The notes below the pieces were generated by a model, which was not told where the DNA came from, ran no database searches, and saw only the letters and a program-made list of their open reading frames with translations. From Acetobacterales bacterium (GTDB lineage Bacteria > Pseudomonadota > Alphaproteobacteria > Acetobacterales > Acetobacteraceae): a stretch of DNA of 24,000 nucleotides. How positions within the stretch are numbered: position 1 is the stretch's first letter; every line of letters starts with the position of its first letter. This document shows, piece after piece, positions 16,101 to 23,620 of this stretch. The position numbers and the translations under genes were made by a program. Location of the stretch: positions 38,323 to 62,322 of the forward strand of contig JBBROS010000003.1 of NCBI GenBank assembly GCA_038229135.1, read 5' to 3'.

Positions 16101-16367
16101 CCCCCCGATCACGAGCCGCGCCCCGCCCTCGCGCACATTCACCGCCGCCTCGGCCTGCCGCGCCAGCCATGGCACCTCGAGCGGCCCCTGCGACAGCCGC
16201 CACCCCAGCCCCAGCGCCGCCAGCGCCACGAGCACCAGCAGCCACAGGGCCAGCGTGAGCAGCCCCCGCAGCGCATGCCCGCACTCCCGCGCGACCGCCC
16301 CGCCTCTCCATCGTCCCTCGGCGGAGGGCCGGGGCGAGGGCTCGGCCGCCTGCACGTCCGAACTCAT
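13131..16367 (-). CDS. YhdP/AsmA-like (DUF3971-type) large envelope protein
   Basis: About 1080 aa with a single N-terminal TM helix (LLTLALWLLVLVALAALGLGW). The C-terminus is typical of the family (LLGRIPLLGRLFSAEQGGGLVAVDYTMRGPSASPSVSVNPLSALTPGFLRGLF). Start is ATG 16367 or GTG 16409. Confidence 0.85.
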   Translation of the reverse strand: MSSDVQAAEPSPRPSAEGRWRGGAVARECGHALRGLLTLALWLLVLVALAALGLGWRLSQGPLEVPWLARQAEAAVNVREGGARLVIGGAALEWGGFHRGAGAPLGFALRDVMVVNGAAVAVLRAGLVEGTLRAGPLLRGQVALRTVHARGLELALRRGPAGLALDLGGLVLEDEGAPPAQDLATIEDVLRALAAPPSGEEAGNGPPWTTALQSVRVEEARVQVHDPFLQRVAGGAVVVEVARLVLERPESGGVSGEGVARVLAGPKVGGAVAALTLRAEVSGEGETAARVELAPVDAGSMQAALPALDDVAPRTLEAAVRGVATARLSARLRPMEATLRLEAGAGRLRAADTLIGFDRMVADLEAAWTRPGWRRPDRVVAHQVQAVVHAPGGAWPTTVTLKGEAALGDRIEGKVMAALDHLSFTDLGVLWPEALGGHVRPWLVENITAGVARDGAVALGFVTDNGLSDVAITSIDGSMVGENVTIHWLKPVPPVEGAQAVLTIKGLEELTIAIPSAHQGNATLSNGSVRIVGLAEKDQVLSLQADVAGQVPELIALLRHKRLRLLDRKPIPMRDPAGRFTGRLNVTVPLEEHLQFEDVKIGAQVRATELRLGGLIAGRDLDRGDVRFDVTQDSLRAQGTAAVAGILGQMQVEMDFRNGPASQVVQRATATGRATAVQLAAAGLDAAGVMTGPGAFTAQYSQRRDGSGEIVVKADLREAALKLPGWSKAPGQPAEGQAVVRLRGDALAGIDAIRMAGPGMAIEGRAEMVGNRPLLLVLSRAVLGATQASGQVRFPAGPNEVLEAKLQGAMLDLSAELARPDTGERGDPWVAEVRFDRVRLSDKGVLEGVVAKAGHDGRRLNLLDATTQGAARATASIRPQGTGRRLVVRAEDGGAALRAMDFVDDIVGGTLALDAVYDDTRRPAPLAGEARLSGFSVKGAPAFGKLLQAVTIYGVVEALSGPGLSFREGVMPFSWDGRVLEVDQARAFSASLGLTARGRVDTARKTVDLKGTVVPAYVFNSLLGRIPLLGRLFSAEQGGGLVAVDYTMRGPSASPSVSVNPLSALTPGFLRGLFRLFD

Positions 16368-16417
16368 GGCGAGGCCTGCCCGTTGACGCAGGCCACCCCA
16401 GCCACCCACCCTGCCGC

Positions 16418-19324
16418 ATGCCCTCCCCGCCCGTGTGGCCCGCCCCCGCCGACCCCGCCGCCGCCGCCCGCCTGCAGGAGCGCTACGCCGCCCAGGGTCC
16501 GCTCGACCACGCCTTCGCCCACGGCCCCGGTGCCCCCATGCTCGCTGCGATCGGCGGCGGCAGCCCGTTCCTGTCCGACCTCGCGATCCGCGAACGCGCC
16601 ACCACCCGCGCCGTCCTGGAGCAAGGCCCCGCCGCCATCGTCGACGCTGCCTTCACCGCCCTCGCCACCACGCCGTTCGACGCACCCCGCGCAACCGTGG
16701 CGGCCGCCCTCCGCCGAACCCGCCGCCAGGTGGCGCTCACCACGGCCATCGCCGACATCGGCAGCCTCTGGACCCTCGCCCAGGTCACGGCCACCCTCTC
16801 CCGCATGGCCGAGGACACGGTCGCCCTCGCCATCCGCCACCTGCTCCACGCCGCCCACCGCCAGGGCACGCTCGTCCTGGCCCACCCCAGCCGCCCGGAT
16901 GACGCCAGCGGCCTCATCGTACTCGGCATGGGCAAGCTCGGCGCGCGCGAACTCAACTACTCCAGCGATATCGACCTCATCCTCCTCTACGATCCCGACC
17001 TGCACGCGCCCTCCGACACGCTCGGCGCCACCTTCACACGCCTGGCGCGCGACCTGGTTGCAATGATGGAAACCCGCGACGCCGACGGCTACGTCTTCCG
17101 CACCGACCTCCGCCTCCGCCCAGACCCCGCCGCCACCCCGCCCTGCGTCGCCCTACCCGCCGCCATCGCCTATTACGAGAGCATGGGCCAGAACTGGGAA
17201 CGCGCCGCCATGACGAAGGCGCGACCCATAGCCGGAGACATCGCCGCCGGCCACGCCTTCCTCGCCGCCATCCATCCCTTCATCTGGCGCCGCCGCCTCG
17301 ACTTCGAGGCCATCGCCGACCTCCATGCCATGAAGCGCCGCATCGACGCCCATCGCGGCTTCTCGCCACACACGATGAGCGCGCCCGTCCTCCCGGGGCT
17401 CGACGTCAAGCTCGCCCCCGGCGGCATCCGCGAGGTGGAGTTCGCCGCCCAGACCCTCCAGCTCGTCTGGGGCGGCCGCGACCCGACCCTCCGCGACCCC
17501 ACCACGCTGGGCGCCCTCCGCCGCCTCGCCCGCGCCGGGCACCTGCCGCGCCGGGCCGCCGCCGAGCTCACGGTCGCCTACCGCCTGTTCCGCCGGGTGG
17601 AGCACCGGCTGCAGATGGTCGACGACCGCCAGACCCACGCATTGCCCACGAACGAAGCCGCCCTCGCCCGCTTCGCCCCCTTCCTCGGTTGCCCCACCCC
17701 GGCCGCGCTGGCCACACTCCTCGGCACCCACATGGCCCGCGTGCGCGCCCGCTACGCCGCCGTGTTCGAGGCCGTGCCCGACGAGGCCGGTGCACCCCGG
17801 CTCGACCTCGCCGGACCGGACCTCCCGCTCGAGACGGCCGCCCGCCTCCAGGCCCTCGGCTTCCGCAACATCGAGGGCATGGGCGCCACCCTCCGCGGCT
17901 GGCGCGCCGGCCGGCTCCGCGCGCTCCGCTCCGCCCGCGCGCGCGAGCTGCTGGACGCGACGCTTCCACGCCTCCTCGCAGCACTCGCCGCCCAGGCCGA
18001 CCCCGACGCCGCCTTCGCCCGGCTCGACACCATGCTCGCCCGCCTCCCCGCCGGTGTCCCCCTCCTCTCCATGCTTCAGCGCAACCCGGCGCTCGCCCCC
18101 CGCATAGCCGCCGTCCTCGGTGCCGCCCCGTCGCTCGCCGACCACCTCGCCAGCACCGCCGCGGCATTGGAGGGCCTTCTCTCCCCACCCGAAGCCACCT
18201 GCATCCCGCCGGCGCAGATCCTCGCCGCGCGTCTCGCCGACGCCCGCACCCTCGAGGACACCATCGCCATCACCCGGGACCTCGTGCGCGCCGAGGAGTT
18301 CCGCCTCTGCGTCCAGCAGATGGAGGGCACGCTCGACGCCGACGAAGCCGGCATCCACCGCACCGCCCTCGCCGACGCCGCCCTGGGGGCGCTGCTCACC
18401 GCCGTGCTGGCGGACCACGCGCGCCGCCACGGCACCATCCGCGGCGGCGACATGGCGGTGGTCGCCCTCGGCAAGGCCGGCAGCGGCGAGATGATGGCCG
18501 GCTCCGACCTCGACCTCCTCCTGCTGTATCACGTGCCGCCCAACGCACCCGACAGCACCGGCCCCCGCCGCCTGCCGCCGAGCCAATGGTTCATTCGCGC
18601 CGCCCACGCGTTCGTGGCCGCCCTCACATCCCCCGGCGGCTCCCAGGGGGCGGCCGGGCCGCTCTACGAGGTGGACATGCGGCTCCGCCCCAGCGGCAAC
18701 AAAGGCCCCGTCGCCGTCCCGCTCGCCGGCTTCGCCCGCTACCAGGCGGCCGAGGCCTGGACCTGGGAGCGCATGGCCCTCACCCGCGCCCGCGTCGTCG
18801 CCGGGCGGCCCGCCATCCGCGCCCGCGCCGCCGCCGCCATCGCCGAAGCGCTCCTGGCACCCCACGACCCGGCACGCACCCGCGCCGACGCCGCGGACAT
18901 GCGCCGCCGCCTGTTGCGTGACAGGCCGGCCGCCGGGCCGTGGGACATGAAGCACCGCGACGGCGGCGGCATGGAGGTCGAGTTCATCGCCCAGGTCCTC
19001 CAGCTCACGGAACGGCCCACGCCCATCCGCCAGAACACCGCCGATGCCCTCGCCCACCTCGCCGCGACCGGCGCGCTCGAGGCCGCCGAAGCCGCCACCC
19101 TCATCGAGGCCGACCGCCTCTGGCGCACCGTGCAGTCACTGCTGCGCATCACCGTCGGCCGTGCGCCCGCCGGCCTCCCGGCCCCTGCCGAGGCCGCCCT
19201 GCTGCACGCCGCCGCCCGCATCGTCGGCCGCCCTCTTGACCGCCCCGCCCTCGATGCCACGCTGGACCGCGCCGCCCACGCGGTGCGCGCCAGCTTCAAC
19301 CACCGGATCGGACCCGTCCCATGA
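16418..19324 (+). CDS. glnE: bifunctional glutamine synthetase adenylyltransferase / adenylyl-removing enzyme
   Basis: 968 aa with two nucleotidyltransferase modules (GMGKLGARELNYSSDIDLILLY ... FRTDLRLRP, and ALGKAGSGEMMAGSDLDLLLLY ... YEVDMRLRPSG). Confidence 0.93.
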   Translation: MPSPPVWPAPADPAAAARLQERYAAQGPLDHAFAHGPGAPMLAAIGGGSPFLSDLAIRERATTRAVLEQGPAAIVDAAFTALATTPFDAPRATVAAALRRTRRQVALTTAIADIGSLWTLAQVTATLSRMAEDTVALAIRHLLHAAHRQGTLVLAHPSRPDDASGLIVLGMGKLGARELNYSSDIDLILLYDPDLHAPSDTLGATFTRLARDLVAMMETRDADGYVFRTDLRLRPDPAATPPCVALPAAIAYYESMGQNWERAAMTKARPIAGDIAAGHAFLAAIHPFIWRRRLDFEAIADLHAMKRRIDAHRGFSPHTMSAPVLPGLDVKLAPGGIREVEFAAQTLQLVWGGRDPTLRDPTTLGALRRLARAGHLPRRAAAELTVAYRLFRRVEHRLQMVDDRQTHALPTNEAALARFAPFLGCPTPAALATLLGTHMARVRARYAAVFEAVPDEAGAPRLDLAGPDLPLETAARLQALGFRNIEGMGATLRGWRAGRLRALRSARARELLDATLPRLLAALAAQADPDAAFARLDTMLARLPAGVPLLSMLQRNPALAPRIAAVLGAAPSLADHLASTAAALEGLLSPPEATCIPPAQILAARLADARTLEDTIAITRDLVRAEEFRLCVQQMEGTLDADEAGIHRTALADAALGALLTAVLADHARRHGTIRGGDMAVVALGKAGSGEMMAGSDLDLLLLYHVPPNAPDSTGPRRLPPSQWFIRAAHAFVAALTSPGGSQGAAGPLYEVDMRLRPSGNKGPVAVPLAGFARYQAAEAWTWERMALTRARVVAGRPAIRARAAAAIAEALLAPHDPARTRADAADMRRRLLRDRPAAGPWDMKHRDGGGMEVEFIAQVLQLTERPTPIRQNTADALAHLAATGALEAAEAATLIEADRLWRTVQSLLRITVGRAPAGLPAPAEAALLHAAARIVGRPLDRPALDATLDRAAHAVRASFNHRIGPVP

Positions 19325-19779
19325 GCCTAGAACCCGGCCAGAAGGCCCCCGACTTCTCGCTCGCCGCCACTGGCGGCCGCACCGTGAGCCTCGCCGACCA
19401 CGCCGGCCGGCCACTCGTGCTCTACTTTTATCCCAAGGCCGACACGCCCGGCTGCACCAAGGAGGCCCAAGCCTTCCAGGAAGCGCTGCCCGATTTCGGC
19501 CCCACCGAGGTCATCGCCGTCAGCAAGGACAAGCTGTCCGCGCTCGAGAAATTCGCAGCCAAATACGCGCTCGCATTCCCGCTGGCCTCAGACGAGGCCG
19601 GATCCACCGTCGAAGCCTACGGCGCCTGGGTCGAGAAAAGCATGTATGGCAAGAACTACATGGGCATCGACCGCTCCACGATCCTCATCGCCCCGGACGG
19701 CACCGTCGCCCGCATCTGGCGCAAGGTGAAGGTCCCCGGGCACGCCGCGGACGTCCTGGCCGCCGTCAGGGCACTCTGA
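19321..19779 (+). CDS. bcp: thioredoxin-dependent peroxiredoxin Bcp
   Basis: GQKAPDFSL ... LVLYFYPKADTPGCTKEA contains the peroxidatic Cys motif. ATGA overlap with the glnE stop. Confidence 0.92.
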   Translation: MSLEPGQKAPDFSLAATGGRTVSLADHAGRPLVLYFYPKADTPGCTKEAQAFQEALPDFGPTEVIAVSKDKLSALEKFAAKYALAFPLASDEAGSTVEAYGAWVEKSMYGKNYMGIDRSTILIAPDGTVARIWRKVKVPGHAADVLAAVRAL

Positions 19780-19797
19780 CACAGCCGGACCACTCTG

Positions 19798-19833
19798 CCC
19801 CCCTCCCCTCGCGGGAGGGGCCGGGGGAGGGGG
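19798..19833 (+). repeat. REP-like element copy D (best copy): CCCCCCTCCCC-TCGC-GGGAGGGG-CC-GGGGGAGGGGG
   Basis: Read directly. It starts 18 nt after the bcp stop, in a convergent intergenic region. Confidence 0.85.
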
Positions 19834-19863
19834 CGCCGCGTAGGCGGACCGTCGATGTCCTCC

Positions 19864-20625
19864 CTACCCCGGCGCCCCATTGATCGTCAGCACCGTCCCC
19901 GTCGTGTAGCCGGACCGCGGCGACGCGAGGAACGCCACCGCCGAGGCGATCTCGTCCGCCGAAGCCGGGCGCCCGAACGGCATCGCCGTATGGAACTCCC
20001 GCCAGCGCCCCGCATCGCCCAGCTCCCGCTCGGCCCGCACGCGCTGCATCGTCTCCATCCGCTCCGTCTCGACCGGCCCCGGGTTGATGCCCACCACCCG
20101 CATCCCGTCCCGCCAGGCGGCGCGGCCCATGGCCCGCGTGAACGCCATCAGCGCCGCGTTGCCCGCCACGCCCGCAACGTACCCCGGGTCGAACGTCTCG
20201 CCCGCCGCCCCGATCACGTTCACCACCACCCCGCGCCGCGCCGCGAGCCCGGTCCACATCGCTCGCGTAAGGCCGATGTAGCCGTACACCTTCAGGTCCC
20301 ACGCAGCCCGCCACCGTGCCTCGTCCACGTCCTGCAGCCCGCCCGCCGGGATGGCGCCGGCATTGTTCACCAGCACGTCCACCCCGCCCGAAGCGGCCGC
20401 CACGCGCGCCACTTCGGTTGCCTGCGACAGATCCGCCGGCTGCGCCTCCACCGCCACCTGGTGGCGCGCCCGCACCGCGTCGGCCGCGTCCCCCAGCGCC
20501 GCCGGGTCGCGGCTCACCAGCACCAGGTCGCACCCCTCCTCGGCCAGCATCATCGCAACGGCTAGCCCGATGCCCTTCGAGGCCCCGGTGACGAGCGCCC
20601 GCTTGCCCCGCAGCTGCAGGTCCAC
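19864..20625 (-). CDS. SDR-family protein with non-canonical active-site positions
   Basis: Rossmann motifs TGASKGIG and NNAG are present. By-eye alignment puts Gly139, Gly152 and Asn156 at the classical Ser/Tyr/Lys positions; Tyr149 gives Y-x6-N. GTG start lies 4 nt after the upstream stop. Confidence 0.8.
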   Translation of the reverse strand: MDLQLRGKRALVTGASKGIGLAVAMMLAEEGCDLVLVSRDPAALGDAADAVRARHQVAVEAQPADLSQATEVARVAAASGGVDVLVNNAGAIPAGGLQDVDEARWRAAWDLKVYGYIGLTRAMWTGLAARRGVVVNVIGAAGETFDPGYVAGVAGNAALMAFTRAMGRAAWRDGMRVVGINPGPVETERMETMQRVRAERELGDAGRWREFHTAMPFGRPASADEIASAVAFLASPRSGYTTGTVLTINGAPG

Positions 20626-20629
20626 CGCG

Positions 20630-21607
20630 CTAGCCCACCACGCCCCGCACCAGGTCGCCCGCGAAGTATTTCGGCAGCTCCGCCGACACGTCCTTCGTGA
20701 TCACCCCGAGCCGATGGAACTCCACCGCCTGCCGCTGCATCTGCTCGAGTGAAAGCACCGCCCCGAGCTTGATGCCGGCCGCGATCCGCACCGCGATCTC
20801 GGGCCCGATGCCGGTATAGGCCGTGATGGCCTGCGCGAACGCCTCGGGCGAGGCGGCAAGCCGCTGTTGCGCCTGCACGTAGGCCCACACGAACCGCTCC
20901 ACCGCCGGGCGCTGCCCCTCCACGATGGCCTTGGACGCCGCGAACATGCCCAGCTCCGCGCCCACCGCCCGGCTCTGCGAGTAGTCCAGCGCCCGCGGCC
21001 AGTAGCCATACCCCTCCACCAGCGGCGTGCTCTCGAACGGCTCCCACGTCACGATCGCGTCCACGTCGCCACGCTTCAGCGCCTGGTTGAAGTTGGACCC
21101 GGCGCCCTGGATGTTGACCACCTTCAGCTTCGTGTAATCCACCCCCTGCTCCTGCAGCGCGGCCACGAACTGGAACCACACGGCACTGCCCGGCGCCACC
21201 GCGACCGTCTTGCCCTCCAGGTCCTTCCACGTCTCGACCTTCACCCCCGTGCGCACCACCGGGAACTTCGCCTGGCTGCCGACGCCCATCAGCGCCACCA
21301 TGCTCGTAACCCCCTGGCTGACCGCGATCGGCAAGTCCGCCGGCCCCACCGTGGCCATGTCCAGCGAGCCCGAGGCCAGCGCCGTGCGGGCATCCGCATA
21401 CCGCACGAAATCCACCCGCTTCAGCTCCACGCCGAGCGACTTCAGCTCGTCCACGATCAGCGCGATGGGCGAGAGGTGCGCAACCGTGGCGGCCCCCACG
21501 GTCAGGGTCACCGGCTTGTCGAGCGGCGTCGGCCGTGCGCCCAGCGCCTTGGCGACCCCAGGTGCGAGAAGCGGTGCCAGCAATGCGAGTCGTCGAGTGA
21601 TGGCCAT
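20630..21607 (-). CDS. ABC-type substrate-binding protein, NMT1/THI5 - SsuA/TauA-like (NitT/TauT family)
   Basis: Signal peptide MAITRRLALLAPLLAPGVAKA. The family is suggested by the overall periplasmic-binding pattern (VTLTVGAATVAHLSPIALIV ... GSLDMATVGPADL ... VDAIVTWEPF). I chose the ATG at 21607. No permease or ATPase gene is adjacent. Confidence 0.75.
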   Translation of the reverse strand: MAITRRLALLAPLLAPGVAKALGARPTPLDKPVTLTVGAATVAHLSPIALIVDELKSLGVELKRVDFVRYADARTALASGSLDMATVGPADLPIAVSQGVTSMVALMGVGSQAKFPVVRTGVKVETWKDLEGKTVAVAPGSAVWFQFVAALQEQGVDYTKLKVVNIQGAGSNFNQALKRGDVDAIVTWEPFESTPLVEGYGYWPRALDYSQSRAVGAELGMFAASKAIVEGQRPAVERFVWAYVQAQQRLAASPEAFAQAITAYTGIGPEIAVRIAAGIKLGAVLSLEQMQRQAVEFHRLGVITKDVSAELPKYFAGDLVRGVVG

Positions 21608-21775
21608 GATCGTGCCCCCAGATGTGACGCGGAGAATGGGCGACGAAACCGCTCGCCACAACCACGAAACGACCGCCGCGGCGGCGGCGCCCGCTCGTCA
21701 TGAACGGTTTGGACACCCTTGCCAGGCATGCTGCCCCACCGTAGGTAATCTGTACTTCACGGAAACGCGAGCTAC

Positions 21776-23590
21776 ATGCCGACCAGCACTGCCTCTGCCA
21801 CCGAGCAGTTCCTCCTGGAGTTGACCAACGAGGCCCGCATGGACCCGATGGCGAGCGCGGCCCGCTACGTCGCGTCCTACGCCCCGCTCACGGCCCGGCA
21901 GACGAACATCCAGAACGCGTTCAGCTTCTTCCATGTCGATGGCGCCGTCCTGCTCGCCGCCTACCAGGCGCTCACCCCGGTGCAGCCCCTCGCCTGGAAC
22001 GAGGCGCTCACCGGCGGCGCACGGCTGCACAACGCCGCCATGATCGCGGCCGACCTGCAGACGCACCAGGCGCCGGGCGAGCCGGACCTCGCCGCCCGCC
22101 TCACCGCAGACGGCTACGCCTACGCAACCGCGGGTGAGAACGTCTACGCCTACGCCGCCGACATGGTCTTCACCCTGGCCGGCTTCATGGTCGACTGGGG
22201 CCCCGGCGCCACGGGCATGCAGAACCCGGCCGGGCACCGCGAGAACATCATGAACGCGACGCTTCGGGACATCGGCATCGGCGTCGCCGCCGACGCGGTC
22301 GTCGGCGCCAAGATCGGCCCGAACGTCGCCACGCAGGACATGGGCGTCCGCCAGTCCCAGCCCGCCATCGTCACCGGCGTGGCCTACGCGGACACGGACC
22401 GCAACGGCTTCTACTCCATCGGCGAGGGCACGGCCGGCGTGTCCGCCACGCTCGACGGCACCGCGACCACGGGCACCGCAGGCGGCTACACGCTCGAGAC
22501 CCAGCGCACCGGCCAGCAGGTGCTCGCCTACGCCGGAGCCGCCGGCACGGCCACCATCGTCGTCACGCTCTCGCTCGGCAACAACGTCAAGATCGACGTG
22601 GTCAACGCCACCGAGCTCCGCAGCTCGGCCGACGCGACCGTCGCCGGCGCCACCACCTCGCTCACGGCCCTCGGCACGGCCGCCCTCAGCCTGGCGATCG
22701 GGGACGGCACGGGCCGCACCCTCCGCGCCAACAACGGCGGCGACACGCTGACGGGCAACACCGGCAACGACACCCTCGTGGGCGGCGCCGGCAAGGACAC
22801 GCTGCTGGGCGGCGGCGGCACCGACACCCTCGATGGCGGCGACGGTGACGACACGGCCGTGTTCGCCTTCGCCCGCAACCAGGCCAGCATCATCGCGAGC
22901 GGCGGCGCCTGGGTCGTCGACGCGCCGGGCGTGCACGACACCCTCACGAACGTGGAGCACCTGCGCTTCACCGACGGCACGATCGCGGCCCCCACCACCG
23001 TGGCCGACGTGTCCTACACCAACACGCGCACCAACGCCGCCGGCGCCGCCACGTCGGACCTGTACACGGGCCCGGTCGCCGGGCTCGACCGGCAATGGAT
23101 CTGGGCCAGCCCCGACAGCGTGGCCCTCCGCGCCAACAGCCCCAACGCCTTCCTCAAGGGCGGCGCCGGCGGGGACGCGCTGCAGGCCAGCAGCGGCAGC
23201 AACGTGCTGGACGGCGGCGGCGGCTCCAACTTCCTGGTGGGCTCAACCGCCAACGACGGCGGCACGGACACCTTCTTCGTCGACGCCCGCGGCGGCCTCG
23301 AGACCTGGTCCACCATCGTCGGCTTCCGCCCGGGCGACCAGGCCACCATCTTCGGCTTCCACCCCGGCCTCAGCACCCGCCCCTGGACGGCGGATGACGG
23401 CGCGGCCGGCTTCAAGGGCCTCACCCTGCACAGCGACATCGACGGCCCCGGCCGCGGCACCAAGGCCAGCATGACCTTCACGGGCATCGACCAGGCCACC
23501 GCCGACGCCCGTTTCAGCATCACCGCGGACACGCTGGCCAAGGGCACGGCCGGCGCCGTCGACTACCTGCTGATCCAGTTCAATCGGTAA
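21776..23590 (+). CDS. CAP/SCP/PR-1-domain protein with RTX (hemolysin-type calcium-binding) repeats; probable type I secretion substrate
   Basis: N-terminal CAP signature (LLELTNEARM ... LAWNEAL ... GENVYAY ... GHRENIM). There are two blocks of GGxGxD nonapeptides: GGDTLTGNTGNDTLVGGAGKDTLLGGGGTDTLDGGDGDD at about 22729-22850, and GGAGGDALQASSGSNVLDGGGGSNFLVG at about 23155-23245. No N-terminal signal peptide. Confidence 0.85.
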   Translation: MPTSTASATEQFLLELTNEARMDPMASAARYVASYAPLTARQTNIQNAFSFFHVDGAVLLAAYQALTPVQPLAWNEALTGGARLHNAAMIAADLQTHQAPGEPDLAARLTADGYAYATAGENVYAYAADMVFTLAGFMVDWGPGATGMQNPAGHRENIMNATLRDIGIGVAADAVVGAKIGPNVATQDMGVRQSQPAIVTGVAYADTDRNGFYSIGEGTAGVSATLDGTATTGTAGGYTLETQRTGQQVLAYAGAAGTATIVVTLSLGNNVKIDVVNATELRSSADATVAGATTSLTALGTAALSLAIGDGTGRTLRANNGGDTLTGNTGNDTLVGGAGKDTLLGGGGTDTLDGGDGDDTAVFAFARNQASIIASGGAWVVDAPGVHDTLTNVEHLRFTDGTIAAPTTVADVSYTNTRTNAAGAATSDLYTGPVAGLDRQWIWASPDSVALRANSPNAFLKGGAGGDALQASSGSNVLDGGGGSNFLVGSTANDGGTDTFFVDARGGLETWSTIVGFRPGDQATIFGFHPGLSTRPWTADDGAAGFKGLTLHSDIDGPGRGTKASMTFTGIDQATADARFSITADTLAKGTAGAVDYLLIQFNR

Positions 23591-23620
23591 CCCGACCTTA
23601 CGGTAGCAAGAAGGCCGGCT

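Noticed and set aside
7005-17017. Alphaproteobacterial SOS-box-like GAACGGGCCGAAT just upstream of the S24 repressor start (actual span 7005-7017)
   Set aside because: The spacing between the half-sites is 5 nt, not 7 (consensus GAAC-N7-GAAC), and the second half-site is imperfect.
13728-17066. 1112-aa ORF on the + strand, the longest in the track
   Set aside because: It runs antisense to the YhdP/AsmA-like gene, whose product has a recognisable TM anchor and family C-terminus. Its translation is Pro/Arg/His-rich low complexity. This is a typical shadow ORF of a GC-rich genome with few stop codons.
17153-19057. 634-aa - strand ORF, plus similar cases at 9046-10443 (-), 21698-23095 (-), 10641-11780 (-) and 14974-16419 (-)
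   Set aside because: All are antisense to confidently identified genes (glnE, AKR/DUF1194, CAP-RTX, ysnF-type, yhdP-like) and have low-complexity Gly/Arg/Ala composition.
21709-21723. Sigma-54-like TTGGACACCCTTGCC upstream of the CAP-RTX gene
   Set aside because: The GG-to-GC spacing is 2 nt shorter than in the TGGCAC-N5-TTGC consensus, so it is not a valid -24/-12 promoter.
21608-21775. TPP (thi-box) riboswitch upstream of the NMT1/THI5-like binding-protein gene
   Set aside because: The reverse-complement leader lacks the conserved CUGAGA and ACCUGAUCUGGAUAAUGCCAGCG-type elements. Only short generic GC hairpins are present.
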